Shown: positions 62,499 through 64,000 of the stretch, one piece after another
Numbering within the stretch: the first letter of the stretch is position 1
Layout: every line of letters begins with the position of its first letter
DNA from: Clostridia bacterium
GTDB taxonomy: Bacteria > Bacillota > Clostridia > Christensenellales > CAG-1252
Length of the DNA: 64,000 nt
Assembly: GCA_017444385.1 (NCBI GenBank)
Contig: JAFSWQ010000013.1
Span: forward strand, 127,009-191,008
Direction of reading: 5' to 3'
Notes under the pieces: model-generated
Seen by the model: the letters and a program-made list of their open reading frames with translations, nothing else
What the model was told of the DNA's origin: nothing
The model's database searches: none
Position numbers and translations under genes: made by a program

Positions 62499-62924
62499 AT
62501 GAGGAATCTATTTAGACGGCTCAAAAAACTTAATAATAAAAAGGGCTTCACTTTACTTGAATGTATGGTGGCGATACTCGTTATAAGCATAATGTGTTCG
62601 TCTATGATGTCCCTTTTTAACCAAGGTATCACCTACGTCAGCAAATCGAGAGTGCTTGACGAGAAGTCGTCGGCGGCTCAACAACTCGTCTTAGTGCGTA
62701 ACGCCGACGATACTTCGCCGTTACCTGCGGGGGACGATTTCGTGGTTGAAATACCCGTAAAAATACAATTTACGCTGTATATCGACAACGAGCAAAGGCG
62801 CTTGGAAGAATTGGAATACAATTTCCAAGCGGGTGTATCCCAACAATTGGTAGGCAACAAAGTGGAAGTAAGGGTAGTGTATTACGATCTTATGCAATCC
62901 GAACTCGAGAACATTCACTATTAA
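62499..62924 (+). CDS. prepilin-type N-terminal cleavage/methylation domain protein (pilin or pseudopilin)
   Basis: KKG|FTLLECMVAILVISIMC is a class III signal with Glu at +5. AGAGGTGA SD. Confidence 0.8.
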   Translation: MRNLFRRLKKLNNKKGFTLLECMVAILVISIMCSSMMSLFNQGITYVSKSRVLDEKSSAAQQLVLVRNADDTSPLPAGDDFVVEIPVKIQFTLYIDNEQRRLEELEYNFQAGVSQQLVGNKVEVRVVYYDLMQSELENIHY

Positions 62925-62945
62925 GCGAAGCCGACGTTATAATAC

Positions 62946-63032
62946 GGAATAGATGTTTCGACTACGCTCAACATGACGAGAAAGCTATAAAAGAGTAACA
63001 CCAAGAGCCTAAAAAGGATCCCTTAAATAGGG
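62946..63032 (+). repeat. palindromic repeat (module A plus degenerate B tail)
   Basis: GGAATAGATGTTTCGACTACGCTCAACATGACGAG at 62946-62980, and GGATCCCTTAAATAGG at 63016-63032. Confidence 0.7.
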
Positions 63033-63052
63033 TAGGTTAAAAATGGAATAAT

Positions 63053-63676
63053 ATGAAGAAGAAACTATTTAAGAACAAAAAAGGTTTTACCTTAATAGAA
63101 TTAGTAGTGGCTATGCTTATAATGAGCATAATCATCTCTTCTTTGTCTACCATTTTGACGAGTACCTATAACCTCTACGCGCGTAGCGATATCACCACGA
63201 CTTTGTTTAACGTATCCCAAAAAATACATATCGCGTTGAATTCCGAATTTTCCTCTTGTCAGGATATGTACGTTTACAGCGCGGACAAATACAATAAAGT
63301 CAAATACGACGAATACGAGGCTATGATTTACCTCTCGGGCGGGCGTATTCTTAAAGATACCGCGGCTGAGAAGGGCGCGCAACTTCTTCTATCGGATAAC
63401 TCTTATTTGGGTTCGAGGGTAGAGAGCATAAGCATAAAAATCGGCAAAGTGTTAGAGAGAACTTCTTTCGACGATCCCGCCGATCCCACTATGAAAATGA
63501 GATTATTGTACGTTACCACGGTCTTGAAAAAGGGCGAGGTAAGGTACGAACATACGTCCACTATCAAGCTTTACAATATGCAGTTATGGGGTACCGAGAT
63601 CGTCAAGCCCGATAATATTCTCAACGCCGAATATAAGTGCGTCGTATTCCACTACTCGCAGTATTATAGTTTTTAA
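63053..63676 (+). CDS. prepilin-type N-terminal cleavage/methylation domain protein (pilin)
   Basis: KKG|FTLIELVVAMLIMSIIISSL is a class III signal with Glu at +5. Confidence 0.8.
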   Translation: MKKKLFKNKKGFTLIELVVAMLIMSIIISSLSTILTSTYNLYARSDITTTLFNVSQKIHIALNSEFSSCQDMYVYSADKYNKVKYDEYEAMIYLSGGRILKDTAAEKGAQLLLSDNSYLGSRVESISIKIGKVLERTSFDDPADPTMKMRLLYVTTVLKKGEVRYEHTSTIKLYNMQLWGTEIVKPDNILNAEYKCVVFHYSQYYSF

Positions 63677-63730
63677 TAATAGTGCGTCTAAGAGAGTAAC
63701 GCCGAAAAATGCCCTAAAAATGCGGTAACT

Positions 63731-63962
63731 TTCAAGAAGTGAAGTAAAACAAAGCGGAATAGACGTTTCGACAAGCTCAACGTGACGAATAAAAAACAGT
63801 ACGTCATACAAAGCGACGTCGAGAAACACCCTAAAATTAGGGAATTGTTCAAAAAGTGAGGTAAAACAAAGCGGAATAGACGTTTCGACAAGCTCAACGT
63901 GACGAATAAAAAACAGTACGTCATCCCGAGCGAAGTCGAGGGATCCCCTAACGCGAAGCGGT
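63731..63962 (+). repeat. tandem duplication (2 x 117 bp) of an A-B palindromic repeat unit
   Basis: The units start at 63731 and 63848. A 64-nt core (63744-63807 versus 63861-63924) is identical base for base, while the B arms diverge. Confidence 0.9.
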
Positions 63963-64000
63963 TACGATTAACGTCAATACACTAACGCGAAATAAACTAA

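Noticed and set aside
1-64000. Search for rRNA, tRNA, tmRNA, riboswitch, prophage, integrase, transposase, toxin-antitoxin or DGR/invertase signatures.
   Set aside because: I recognised no cloverleaf-like or rRNA-like segments, no recombinase or reverse-transcriptase motifs, and no inverted-repeat-flanked promoters with an adjacent recombinase. Their absence is by-eye only and should be confirmed with tRNAscan, Infernal and HMM searches.

Overview
All convincing genes (about 27 CDS) lie on the + strand. I recognised no rRNA, tRNA, CRISPR array, transposase or integrase. The gene content (SipW-type signal peptidases, PepF, DnaB, lipobox proteins, Com/T4P-like prepilins) suggests a monoderm, Firmicutes-like organism; this is inference only. 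The window splits into four blocks. (i) 1-10.2 kb is an accessory block. It holds a partial, degenerate EAL gene, two TasA-like SipW-cargo candidates and two SipW-type peptidases. Between the peptidases sit a membrane-anchored McrB-family AAA+ NTPase and a DUF2357/McrC-like partner. The partner seems to lack a nuclease and instead carries a ~130-aa E/R/K-rich helix, an acidic region and a poly-Lys tail. (ii) 10.2-20.5 kb is mostly housekeeping: a hypothetical ferritin-like protein, SpoU/TrmH methyltransferase, EIIC-like permease, oligoendopeptidase F, a lipoprotein, DnaB, a small membrane protein, a short Sfp-type PPTase and an orphan ACP. (iii) 20.7-51.2 kb is one uninterrupted 30,462-nt ORF for a 10,153-aa lipobox protein. 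It has six ~100-aa N-terminal modules followed by dozens of BspA-type leucine-rich-repeat cassettes. Most cassettes open with a recurring C-x(15-25)-H-x-C-x(2,3)-H motif. (iv) 51.2-63.7 kb is a tightly coupled type IV pilus/Com-like operon: PilC, PilM, an oversized PilN-like protein, a PilO-like protein with a Zn ribbon, a 2,254-aa PilX-like giant and two prepilins. No ATPase or prepilin peptidase is in the window. A bipartite palindromic repeat family fills most intergenic gaps of the accessory blocks. The best candidates for something undescribed are the nuclease-less, membrane-tethered McrBC-like pair embedded in the SipW/TasA-like locus, and the giant LRR lipoprotein plus giant-pilin pilus locus. 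All family assignments come from motif recognition by eye; no database search or structure prediction was possible.
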